NCBI GenBank assembly: GCA_009103225.1
Contig: RHPI01002368.1
Span: forward strand, 339,397-403,396
Reading direction: 5' to 3'
DNA length: 64,000 nt
DNA from: Chlorokybus atmophyticus
Lineage: Eukaryota; Plantae; Mesostigma and Chlorokybus algae
Positions within the stretch are counted from its first letter, which is position 1, and the number at the start of each line of letters is the position of its first letter. The translations under genes and the position numbers were made by a program. Under the pieces are notes generated by a model that worked only from the letters and a program-made list of their open reading frames with translations, was not told the origin of the DNA and did not search any database. Shown piece after piece: positions 24,194-35,659 of the stretch.

Positions 24194-27100
24194 ATGCTTC
24201 GCACGGAGCAGGAGCTGCGGCGCGACATTGACGAGCTCCAGAGGCAGAAGCGGGAGGTAAGAGTCTGAACTGCATAGTTGCATGCACGCAAGCAGTTCGC
24301 TTCATGCCGTCAAATTCATCCTCCATGAGCTTGATGTAGACTCACAGTATACTATTAATGCATGCCAGCGTGATGCTGATGTAGTGCGGTAAAACCCCTT
24401 TGTGTGTGCATGGCCAAGCTGCTCAAAACTGTTGCACATCAATTCGACTGTGAGCACAAACCAATTGTAGTAATACACCTATACATTAGTTCAGAGCCAC
24501 CAAGCACCAGCATTGAACAATGCAGCATGTAGACATTGTATGCAGCAAGTTTTTAAGAAAGTGATTGGATTACATGCTGCAAGTCAATTAAGTTGGACAT
24601 TATCGCTGACGTGACTTGGCGTTGACTCGCAGCTTGATGCCCGCTTGCGAGGCGGCTTTGCTGGGCGCGGGCGGGGTGGGTTTGGATTTGCTCGTAATGG
24701 CGAAGCACCACACCATCTAGAAAACAATGGACGGGGCGCACGGGTCAGTGCAAAGCAAACATTCACATCAATACATTTTAGACTGCGGCTTGGACAAGTG
24801 CTGAAGTGGTACACAACACGACAACAGATACATTCTTGTGGACACATGCTTGCGTGCAATCACCTCATTGTTGCACAAAGCTGTTGCGTGATTCTATCAG
24901 GATGCATCACGTGGCGGAGCCAATCGAGGCCGCTTTGCTGGACGGCTCGGCAGATACGTACCTCCACATTCCTCACTGCATGTAAGGTTTACCTGAATAC
25001 TTACTGTTATTGGCAGTTTGCTCGCTGCATGCAGCCAACAATGCTTGCCACAAACACGCGACTGCATGTGGTTGTAGTTGTGCCAGCATCTTTACACACT
25101 CAATGTTGCATGGAGCTTGCTGTTTGTTTTGTGCTGTGAAACATTCGTTACTCGTTTTCCAGGCTGATACTGGAGATGCGCCCATGGAGGACGCTGGGCT
25201 GCCGGCAAGGAAAAAACGCATCATGTCAGCGGTGCGGTGCTTTGAGTTAATCATCTACAACATATTGCTGGACTGTTTGCATGTGGCAGTCCTGAACTGT
25301 AACCTGCGGTTATGTTCATCAATTGCAGATCAGCGGTGCTCAAGCAGCAGATACTCGAGACACCAATGCGGTTGAACCAGATGAAGCGGAAGAGTTGGGG
25401 CGGGTGGGTGCAATTGCATGATGGCGCATAGCGGCCAAAACAGCGCAGCAGGAAAGGCAGCATTGAAGTACATAATTTAACTTGTGTCACACAGGCCGAG
25501 CGCCAGCGAGCCGAGGCAGTAGCTGGCGATGGAGAAGAGGCTCCCACAACTGCTCCGAGCAGAATGGAGCGTGCAAGACCAGGCCGGAGACCAGATCCTG
25601 TATGTGCATGCAAGCTGAGCCATTTCATGCGTTACTTTGCTGGTTTCCTGTTGGGATATCAGTGTTGTTTGCTGATGCTTGCGTTTACTTTTTAGAACTT
25701 TGACCCACCAGAGCCACAGCAACGGCCACCAGGGCAGCCTGAAGACGCCTTAACAAAGAAACGCAACAGGCGAATGTTTGGGGTGCTGCTTGGCACGCTC
25801 GATGTAAGTGTATGACTGGTGATCAACACCCTCTACTGAACTTCATGTCCAGTTACACGGGTATGAGCAGTTGTCTTGTATCTGAGCCTATTGACATATG
25901 CAATGCGTGTTCAAGAGGTTTCGGCAAGAAGAGAAGTTGTCAACTGCAGCTGCTCGGCAAGCAGAAGCATTGAAGAAGGTACTTTGGGCATTGCTTGTGT
26001 TACGCAGTAGTGTACACCCTTGTGCATGTCGCTGATTGCTTATTGCTGCATCGCTGCATGACAGGCAGAAGAGCGAGCAGCTCAAGACCGTGTAAGGATA
26101 CTGCAAGAGCAGCGTGCGAACGAGCGAGCTAAACGAGAAGAAGAGATGGTGGGTCTTTTCAACAGGTCCATTGTTGTGTATTATTGTGCTCCTAGCGCTT
26201 GCTCTGGTGCATCCAAGCACGCAATCCGTAAGAGCAGTCTCATGGACATTGCAACCGCCAGCAGTGCACGCCAATTCCAGCTGAGCTGGTCCAGTTGCTG
26301 ACAATCAGTTTTGCAGGCTTTGAGAAACAAGATCGTGGAGAAAACGGAAGAGCGGCACGTTGAGCTGTTGTTCTTGCGCTGGCAAGCACAACATCAAAGA
26401 CTGTCTTTGTTCCATAGGTGCGTGTTTACTTGGTTGCGTATGGGCGAGCGCGCTCAACATCCAATCGTGATTGGGGAGCTGTCATGCCTTGATCTTTGTG
26501 TAGCATGCCGGAATGCCTTGGCATAGACTGTGCATAATGTTCGCTGTGCGTTACATGCAGGACAAAGGCACAGCCCAGTATATACTACATGCCAAAGCAA
26601 CCTTCACAAGCTACGGATCAGATTCTCAAGCAGCAACAAGAGGCAAGCTGCACTTATCATGTTGCTGTTGCTTTCACATGATCCTGTAAGTACAAAGGCT
26701 GAGTTTTTGGTGCTTTGGCTTCCTCAGGAACTTCAAGAGCGCGATAAGACTTCCGTAGAGCGCCTTGCCACACTAAAGAGTGAAGCACTTGAGATGTTGC
26801 ATGCAAGGAGGAACCAAAGAGGGAACAGGGGGCAGGTATCTTGCACTGAGTGCAGCTTGCAGTGGTCATCAGTGCATCAGGTTGTTTTCACCCTTCACAT
26901 ACGCAGCAGCTACCAAGTTCAAGGCTTTCCTATATTTTGGACTTGACATGCACATGTACCAGTTGTTTTGTTCCTTGTGTGTTGACCACCGATCTGAACA
27001 CATCATGGTTTCTACACACTTCTTTGCATGTGTAAGTGTGCACTGTCGTTGCTGTCAAACAGGCCAATTCGCAAACAAGGTCGTTGTCAAAGACATGTCC

Positions 27101-27335
27101 TGTGCACTGCTGTGTTTTGCTGAGCATGCTGAAGCTCATGATTGCCTGCTGCTCACAGGCCACCGCACCACAAGCTGATGGAGAAGAGATGGACCAGGAG
27201 GATGCGCCCAAGGGGCCGCGCAGACGCAGAGCACAGGCGGAGGAGGAAGAGGAAGATATTGAAGTGGACGCCGAAGGCGTGCGCAAGGAGGAGCTTGTAG
27301 ATGCTGCAAACATAGAAGACATCATGAAGGAATGA
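24194..27335 (+). CDS. Pinin/SDK/memA-domain splicing-associated protein
   Basis: MLRTEQELRRDIDELQRQKRE..., hallmark KKRNRRMFGVLLGTL-RFRQEE, then TKAQPSIYYMPK and an acidic C-terminus ending NIEDIMKE* (TGA 27333-27335). Multiple GT-AG introns. Confidence 0.88.
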
Positions 27336-27852
27336 TGGCATGCGGCACTAAAGTTATTACTGTTCTTGCGAGCTGCCATGTATTGATCTATGCACACTGT
27401 TAATGCCAAATGGACGCCAGCGGGGCAGTTTTCACTCAAAGCACTTAAACCTAGGTAGTGCACACAATCAAACCGGTATGCACAAAAGTGGTCATTCACT
27501 GAGCAACCTTTGCAAGGTTTACGCAACAAGAACCAGTTATGCATATGTCTGATGAACCAACATGGCTGTGCAAACACCACCAAGCAACGCCGCAATGCAT
27601 GTCGTCTAAACATGTAGCAGATCCATGTCATAAAGAAGAGTGCGGTAGTGCAATATGTCATGCTTTGGTGAGGTAAGCAGATAGGTTGATAGTGTCGCAG
27701 CTGTTGGTGTGGAGATCCCAAAGTCTGGTGCCAGAAATTGGGCCTGCAGCAGTGGTAGGCATGACTGCTGAGTGCCGACCTCATGTGTACAAAATATGCA
27801 ATGCGGTGCATGTGAACATGCATGTATGCACAGCCACAGCGTGTCATACTGC

Positions 27853-28600
27853 TGTAACAATACCACTTCTGACGTGCTGGTCGGAGCTTGGCAAACTTAT
27901 GCACAAGCATTAAAAACTTACAGCGGAAGTCCTACCAGCACCACGGTGCAGGAGAAGTTGCGGCAGCGCACCAAGGGAGGAGAGGATGACCACCAACCTC
28001 TCACACGGCTCCAGCCCCAGGCACACCCACTATTAAGCCTTTATACCACTTGCTGTTCTTTCGGCCTGGCACACAGAATGTCCAAGGCCCAAGGCCTTGA
28101 CACTGTGTGCTGACCTATCAGCACAAGCTGACCTTGTCCAACACAGGACATCAACCACGGGAATATTAAACTCCCTCGATTTTCCATGGGAGTAACACCT
28201 CCTACCTCGGAATTGCAAACTTAAGCTCTCCTAGTACGTTGATACTTGCGGGTTACCCACAGGCATTACTTAGCCTTGCGACTGTCACATCTGTGGCAAA
28301 TCGCACTACTACAGTATAGATTCTGTGGTTTGCCAGCTTGGCTCTTTCTTGGAGCTGTTACTTACTGTGGCAACTCGTAGGTTTGCGCTCACAAAGCCTC
28401 AAGCATTGGCGAGCTCTGTGCCAACCCTCATCAATGCCTTGTGTAGTTCATCATACTCAAGGCCCCATGAGCAGACCTACATAAGAGCATACCCCATAAG
28501 CACTACACTTGCTTACGAGGAATGAGTCCCTACTGAGTCTCATCTTACTAACTGAAGTAAGGAATAGAGAATGACTTTCGCCAACCCTATAGGTGTGACA
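27853..28600 (-). repeat. 3' LTR of the chromovirus (748 bp)
   Basis: Aligns to 33473-34397 apart from a ~170-bp segment missing here. Starts TGTAACAATACCAC and ends GGTGTGACA on the + strand. Confidence 0.9.
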
Positions 28601-28809
28601 TTCCTCCCCACTTGCATTGTAACGCCCGCGTTGTAAAAGATGGGCCTCCTTGTCCCGCGTATAAACCGCTGAAGGGTTGGCCACTTGAGTGGCTGTGCTC
28701 CACATGAAAGTTGTGCAAGTCGTGGGAGTAAACAAGCCAACTCTTATACTAAGTACCAGTTGTTGCGGTGTTGGTATGTCACATGAAGAGGTTGCAGGCG
28801 TGCGTCCAC

Positions 28810-28960
28810 GCTCTTGCAACTGAGCACAAGCTCAAGTGGCGCTTGTGGATTGGAGCTCATTCTCAAACTCGTATAGCTTGGCAGCACAGTTTGCCAAGTG
28901 AGAAATGGGCTCCCAAGTGTTCTTTACCATAACCAAGCCACTTCATCAAGTATTGACTTG
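28810..28960 (-). pseudogene. Chromodomain remnant at the integrase C-terminus
   Basis: The minus strand reads QYLMKWLGYGKE, then after a frameshift TWEPISHLANCAAKLYEFE. Confidence 0.75.
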
Positions 28961-31900
28961 AAAAGTATTTCTTATATTTTTTAAATCGTTTGCCGACGAT
29001 GGCCTCAACCTCGACGAGGAGGCGGTTGCACTGGACCGTCACTCTTGTATGGTTTCAACAATACCTCGTGGAACACATTGTACCCTCATGCTGTTTGGCA
29101 ACTCTAGCCGAAAGGCATGTTCACTAAGCTTGTCAGGAATGCAAAATGGCCTTAGCCACCTAGGTAGCAACTTGCGTACCCCGCTTGTCTTGAGTCGAAT
29201 GTTTTTTAAACTTAACAGCACTTGGTCTCCCACTTGCAGATCATCACCAGGCCTATATTGCATGTCGGCATACGTTTTCCGCATGTCTTGTGCTGCTCTC
29301 AGGCAGTCTTGTGCACTTCCCAACACGGCATGCATGTTTTTTGTAAACTCCGTAGCCGTCGGCACTTTTTTTAAACGACTCGACGCTTAAAGACATGGGT
29401 ATAAACACATGACGGACGTAATTTGAATATAGCGGCATGCTACATAGCGACTCATGCCATGCATTGTTCACGACAAACTCAGTCAATGGCAAGTACACAT
29501 CCCAGTCATCAAACTTGGGTGACGTGTGTAGTGGCGCAGTACATCTTCTGGTACTTGATTTGCGCACTCCGTCTGTCCGGCACTCTGCGGGTCGTAAGCA
29601 GTGCTTAAGCTTTGCTTGGTCCTTAAGTAACGGCACACAGCCTGCCAAAGTGGGCTGACAAACTTGGAATCTCTGTTGGATACCAACTCTCTAGGTACGC
29701 CGTGTAACTAAATACTGAGTTGATAAAGACAAACGCAAACTATTGCCCATCTGTGTTGATGCGACAAGGTTTGAATTTGACCATCTTTGTCAAGCGATCA
29801 GCGATGGCGATGACAGCGTTGTGTCCTTTCTTTGTCACTTATAGATCTGTGATAAGATCCATGCTCACACTCTCCCACCGATAGTTGGGAGTAGCCAACG
29901 GCTTGAGCAGGCCTGCTGGCTTGTTATGCGAAGCCTTGTTTTGTAACAAGTGTCACAGCATGCGACATACTTGGATGCATCAGCAACCAAGATCGGCCAC
30001 CAATACTGTCTCTGCAACTGCTTGATGCTCTTTGCCATACCCATGTGCCCGCTGTACACGGTATTGTATGCCTTGAACAGACACTCTTACATTAAGCCGC
30101 ATGTGTCCGGCACAATCAACTTGCCCTCGCGGTACCATAACCCTTTATGACAAGTGATCTTGTCATCTGCCTGCCTTCAGCATGTCAATAAACCATGTGT
30201 CAAGTGCATAAGCATTAGCCAAACACCTAGTAATGTCTTCCACATCAATAGCCATAGAGCCCTTCCCACTTAGCCTGTGGTTTGCCACTGGTGCTTCCAG
30301 CAGTGCTTTCAAGCGTTTTGGGCAAATCGCTAGTCTTAGGCTTACGTATTGCCTCTGGTGTCTGATTGATAGCTCTTTCGAGCTAAGATGGCAACTCGCA
30401 AGTACTGGCACTAGTCTCACTTGACTGTGCCCACCCTTGGCTTCGTGCACGTGTTGTCACTGCCAGCAGCAATGGCGAACAACTGAAAGGGTCTACCATG
30501 TTCACTCGCCTTGATCTATAAACCCATGTAAGTTGAATCGCGACAAGTACTCAGCCCACCTCGCTTGTCTTCTCGATAAGGTTGGTTGGGTCTGAAAGAA
30601 AACAAGGGGGTTGTAGTCAGTGATCACAGTGAACCCGCCTTCCACCCCCGCTCGATAGCAATGCCACTCCTGTAGCGCGTGATCCACCCCCAACAACTCT
30701 TGCTCGGTTGTCGTATGGTTCTTCTCTGCTGGAGAGAACTTCTTGCTAACATAAGCAAGGGGGTGCCCACTCTGAAACAATACAGCACAAGTGCCCTCAA
30801 CAGATGCGTTGCAAATTGCCTCAAGGGGCTTAGTGAAATCCAACGACTGCAATACCGGCGCTGTAACCAAAGCCTTTTTGATGGACTCAACGGCCTCATG
30901 TTACCTTTGAGTCCATAAGAAAGGCAATGACCGTCTCCACATGATCTTGTCATGTAACAAATTGGTGAGAGAAGCAATTCGCAACGAATACCCCAAGATA
31001 TACTTGCAAAAATAGTTGCTCAAGCCTAAGAACGCGCGCAGCTCGTGCACGTTTTGCGGCTAGGCCACTCTTTGACCTTTGGCAACTTTCTTTGGGCCCG
31101 AGCGCACGCCCTCTTTGCTTACATTGTGGCCAAGAAACGCAAGTTCCGCCTTGCCAAACTCGCACTTGGGCATGTCAGCATATATACGATGCGCACGCAA
31201 CGTTTTCAACACATCGCGCACATGCGCGGTGTGCAAAGCGACGTCTTTGCTAAACACGAGTATATCATCATAATATACAAGCACTGTCTTACCCATCAGC
31301 TTGGGAAACACACGGTTCATCATAGCTTGAATGTGGCTGGCGATTTGTCAGCCCAAAAAGGAGCACTTTGTAGTGAAAGTGGCCCAGCGGCGTACATAAC
31401 GCTGTCTTTGGCACATCTTACGGCGTGACACGTATGTGGTGGTACCCACTGATTAGGGCCAAGGAGCTGAACACCGAGGCTCCGCTTAATTGATCAAGCA
31501 AAACATCTATCCTTCGCAGCGGATTCATATTCTTGGTCAACTTATATAAGGCCCAATAGTCTACGCACATGCATAGCCGGCTATCCGTTTTCGGCACGAA
31601 CAGGATGGGTGCCTCAAAGGGAGAGCTACTTGGCTCGATCAATCCCTTTGCAAGCAAGGCCTTGTTCTGCCCCTCCATGTTCGCACATTCAGCTGGACTC
31701 AGCCTAAGCACAGGTCTGAACGGAGGTTGCGCACCCAACTCGAAAGGGATCGTATGCCATACATCCCTCTCAGGTGGCAAATCAGACTATTTAGCTTCAA
31801 ACACATCAGCACACTCAGACAACAGACCTTTCAAAGCCGCGTCTTGCGGTTTGCCATTAGTGTCATCAATTGCAGTGGTAGGGCTGTCCGGGGCAAATGG

Positions 31901-33472
31901 CCGGACTAGCACCATAAGGGGTTGAGCTCCATGACGAACCGCCCTCTTCATCTGCAAAGCACTCAACAAACAACATGAGACATCAGTACCAGATTTGTCA
32001 TCACTTGCAGTGGATACGACATCGTGCCCATATGCGCGCAGGGTCACACGACCTCGCCCTTTGCATACATTGCAAAGTTTGGTGTCTGCGTCCGTGCACA
32101 AGCCACATGCTTGCTCCCAATGGCCGCCAACAATGCCATCCACGCCTGGCACCTCAACTGGGATGACCAAGAACTCCGGCTGAGCATAATAGCCCTGCAC
32201 ATGCACGGACAAGCGCACGACTCCGCGCACAAGAAACTCATGCTTGTTTAAGGTCACAACCGTGTCATCACACTTGGTGACACGAATGCCAAAGCGCCGC
32301 AAGAGACTCACGCACGAAGTTTTCCAGCGTGCACGTGTCTATCATGAGATGCACGGTACATGCGTTCAACGCCTAAGTTACCGACGCCTTGAACAGCCAA
32401 GTCAAATCAAAGGCACTTACCTTATGGACGGTAGGAGGGTCATACAACACATGCATATGCCCCTTTCCTACCTCGACCTCGTACAAGACCTGCATCCCTT
32501 TAAGAAGAGTCCACAATCCGGGACGCTTTAGTACAATGACGCATGCACTTGTTGTGCGCACTCTTGCTCTTGCAGTCAACATAGTGCTTGAGCATGCTTA
32601 ACAACTTGTTAGCAAGCACATTGAGCAAAACACATTAGCCCGCTCAATCATGCTGCATAAATTGAGCAATCATATGGATCTCAACTAATTCCCGCACACA
32701 GCAACATTGCATGGTAGCGGAAGGCGTGACATCAAGTCACTAAGCACATGGCTTATTGGTATCCATCGAGCAACTAGGCAATGGCAATCCTTATTGCATG
32801 CATGGCTTCTTGCTATCTTCAAGCTCCTCGTACATAAAAACATGGCCCCGAGTGGCGTCCGCCTCAGCCTCATTGAGCTGAGCTTCACGGTTGCGCTTTC
32901 AATCTCAGTGACCATGTTGTGCATCATTGGATGCTTCAACATGTCCTCCATGAGAGATTTGATCAGCTCTCGACAATTGCAATTAAGCAATGTCGGCCTC
33001 GTGTTGTTGTTGCAACCCTGTCACTTGCTCACACAATGTGGCAACCAAAGCGGTCAACTGTTGAGTGGTCTTGGCAACATTATTGCTCAAAGGTACCTCT
33101 TCAAATGCTGTATGCTGTTGCTTGGCCACCCACAATGGGCGAACCAACACCACACGGTGTGGTCACCGTTACCGGATGCACACACGCGCTCACGCGCACG
33201 CGAGCAGCAAAGTGCAGCAAAGTGCAGATGCATGTGCAATGCTTTGCACAAGCAGCAATGCACACAATCAATGCCAAGATCAGCGTGCAGAACGGCCCAC
33301 ACCTAGCATGCAAGTGCGTGTGCAGCTGCTACGATCAACTAGCACGCACAATCGGCATGAAAACACTGCCATGCAGCGCATGCATGCAAAGAATGCAACG
33401 TGTGCACCGTTCAGCAAGTGCACAAGCTGGTGGACAAGCATGCAAGGCCCTGAAAACAAGCTCCGAGTCCAA

Positions 33473-34397
33473 TGTAACAATACCACTTCTTACTTGCTAG
33501 TTGGGGCTTGGCAAACTCATGCACAAGCATCCGGAACTTACAGCGGAAGTCCTACCAGCACCACGGTGCAGGAGAAGTTGCGGCAGTGCACCAAGGGAGG
33601 AGAGGATGACCACCAACCTCTCACACAGCTCCAGCCCTAGGCACACCCACGCCCACGCCCACGCCCACCACACCCACACTCACACACCCCACACCACACC
33701 CCACAAGGGATGAGGGGGAGAGCCCCTTCAACAGTTACTAGCCAGGCACCCCACACACAAGTGGCCCTCAAGTGGTGAACACACTCTAATCCCACTCAAG
33801 GTTGCTACGAAGCCTTTATACCACTTGCTGCTCTTTTGGCCTCACACACAAAATGTCCAGCACACAGTGACAAGGCCCAAGACCTTGTCACTGTGTGCTG
33901 ACCTATCAGCACAAGCTGACCTTGTTTAACACAGGACATCAACTTCGGGAATATCAAACTCCCTCGATTTTCCATAAGAGTAACAATCCTACCTCGAAAT
34001 TGCAAACTTAAGCTCTCTTAGTACATTAATACTAGCGGATTACCCACAGGCATCACTTAGCCTTGCGACTGTCACATCTGTGGCAAATCGCACTACTACA
34101 GTGTAGATCCTGTGGTTTGCCAACTTGGCTCTCTTTTTTAGAGGTGTCACTTACTGCGGTAACTCGTAGGTTTGGGCTCACAAAGCCTCAAGCATTGGCG
34201 AGCTCTGTGCCAACCCTCATCAATGCCTTGTGTAGTTCATCATACGGAAGGCCCTATGAGCTCATGAGCAGACCTACATAAGAGCATACCCCATAAGCAC
34301 TACACTTGCTTACAAGGAACGAGTCCCTACTGAGTCTTATCTTACTAACTGAAGTAAGAAATGGAAAATGACTTTCGCCAGCCCTATAGGTGTGGCA
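33473..34397 (-). repeat. 5' LTR of the chromovirus (925 bp)
   Basis: Homologous to 27853-28600, with an extra segment at ~33650-33810 containing CACGCC/CAC repeats. Confidence 0.9.
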
Positions 34398-35659
34398 ATT
34401 GCAACAAGAAGCAACGCTAGCCACATTACCTGCATACGACCTATGGCCCCTTGTCTCACAATACGCACCATAATAGCCTACCGCGAGACGCGTTGTGATG
34501 TGAAGCATGTTGGTACATGCAGGTACCGTGCTGCTGCTGCGCCTGCTGTCGGCATCGTCCTTGGTTGGTTGGCGTGCACTTAGCTAGCCAGCCCCCTTAG
34601 CACTAGGGCTGATACTATGAACTGTGACCGATGCTTGATTGTGCGCTTGCTTGTGTGCTTGTGTGCTACTAGTGTGCTTCCATTGGGGGCCCCTACCTTT
34701 TACCTTATGCATGTGTGATGCAGGTTCAAACAAGCAAGTTGCTGCATAGGGTACAGCATAGGGGCCAACAAGCAACCACAGCAGCTAGCAGCAACGCAAC
34801 CACAATAAAAACAATAAACACCACAGCAGACGACAAGCAACTCAGAGCTAGCTAGCTACACTAAGCGGGCTGCTACCTGTGTGCAATGTGTAGGCAATGG
34901 CAGTTAGGACAGATCTGCAAAACTACTTGCACAAGGTAGGGGGTAGGCAAAGGCAAAGGTTATGTCGTGCTGAAAGGCAGGGGAATGGACATCGACGACG
35001 ACAATGCTGACAAGCCGATGGTAACAACCAGCCCTCGCCGCCAGTAGCCTCGTGGCTTGCTTTTACCTATCGCAACTTACACCACAACGGCTGCAGGCTA
35101 ATAGCCTTTGGTGTTAGGGTAAAACAGGCAGATTTTGCATCACACAGTGTGCAAGCAGATCTGCTAGCAGATGTGAGACTCCAAGCATACAGCAGGCATG
35201 TAAAGTAATGCTCCCCACTGGTGACAAGTGCTCACCCATCATTGCCGGTGGCCGCAGCAACCGCAATAACATGAAACAAATGTCTATATGTGGAAATAAA
35301 CACAATGCATGTACAAAAACGATACGATGATGTGCCAGCATGCATGGTGTGCCCACAAACTAAGTGACATGCACACCGTGTCTGCAGGTGCAGCCATACG
35401 TGCTTTGTTGGGTCGAGAAGAGTCGAGGGTCACATTGTCTGGGACAGCTGCGGAGAAAGACATGCTTGCTAGGTATGCTACGACAACACGCTGTAGCATC
35501 TCAACAAAAGCAAAAGACAACCCAGCCTTCGGGGTCACCAGTGCTTGTGTGCTGGGCTGCGCGGTTGCGTGGAGACGATTCACCACAGTGTACATGCTGT
35601 GCTGTAGGACACACAGTTAACAAGCCTCTACTATGGGTAGTGATGTTTACACAGTTCTT

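Larger units (their letters stand above)
27853..34397 (-). mobile_element. Decayed full-length Ty3/gypsy chromovirus LTR retrotransposon
   Basis: LTRs at 27853-28600 and 33473-34397 (TG..CA); flanks ACTGC/ATTGC form a 4/5-matching TSD. PBS TGGACTCGGAGC lies next to the 5' LTR and PPT GGGGAGGAA at 28609-28601. Fragments in gypsy order: gag, PR, RT (LRRIDVLLDQLSGASVFSSLALISGYH; VLVYYDDILVFS), RH (DYNPLVFFQTQPTLSRRQARWAEYLSRF), INT (HMGMAK; PQSAGQTECANQV; WDVYLPLTEFVVNNAWH) and chromodomain. Confidence 0.93.

Noticed and set aside
26930-27910. 326-aa minus-strand ORF
   Set aside because: Antisense shadow of the last Pinin exon plus its 3' UTR; no recognisable motifs.
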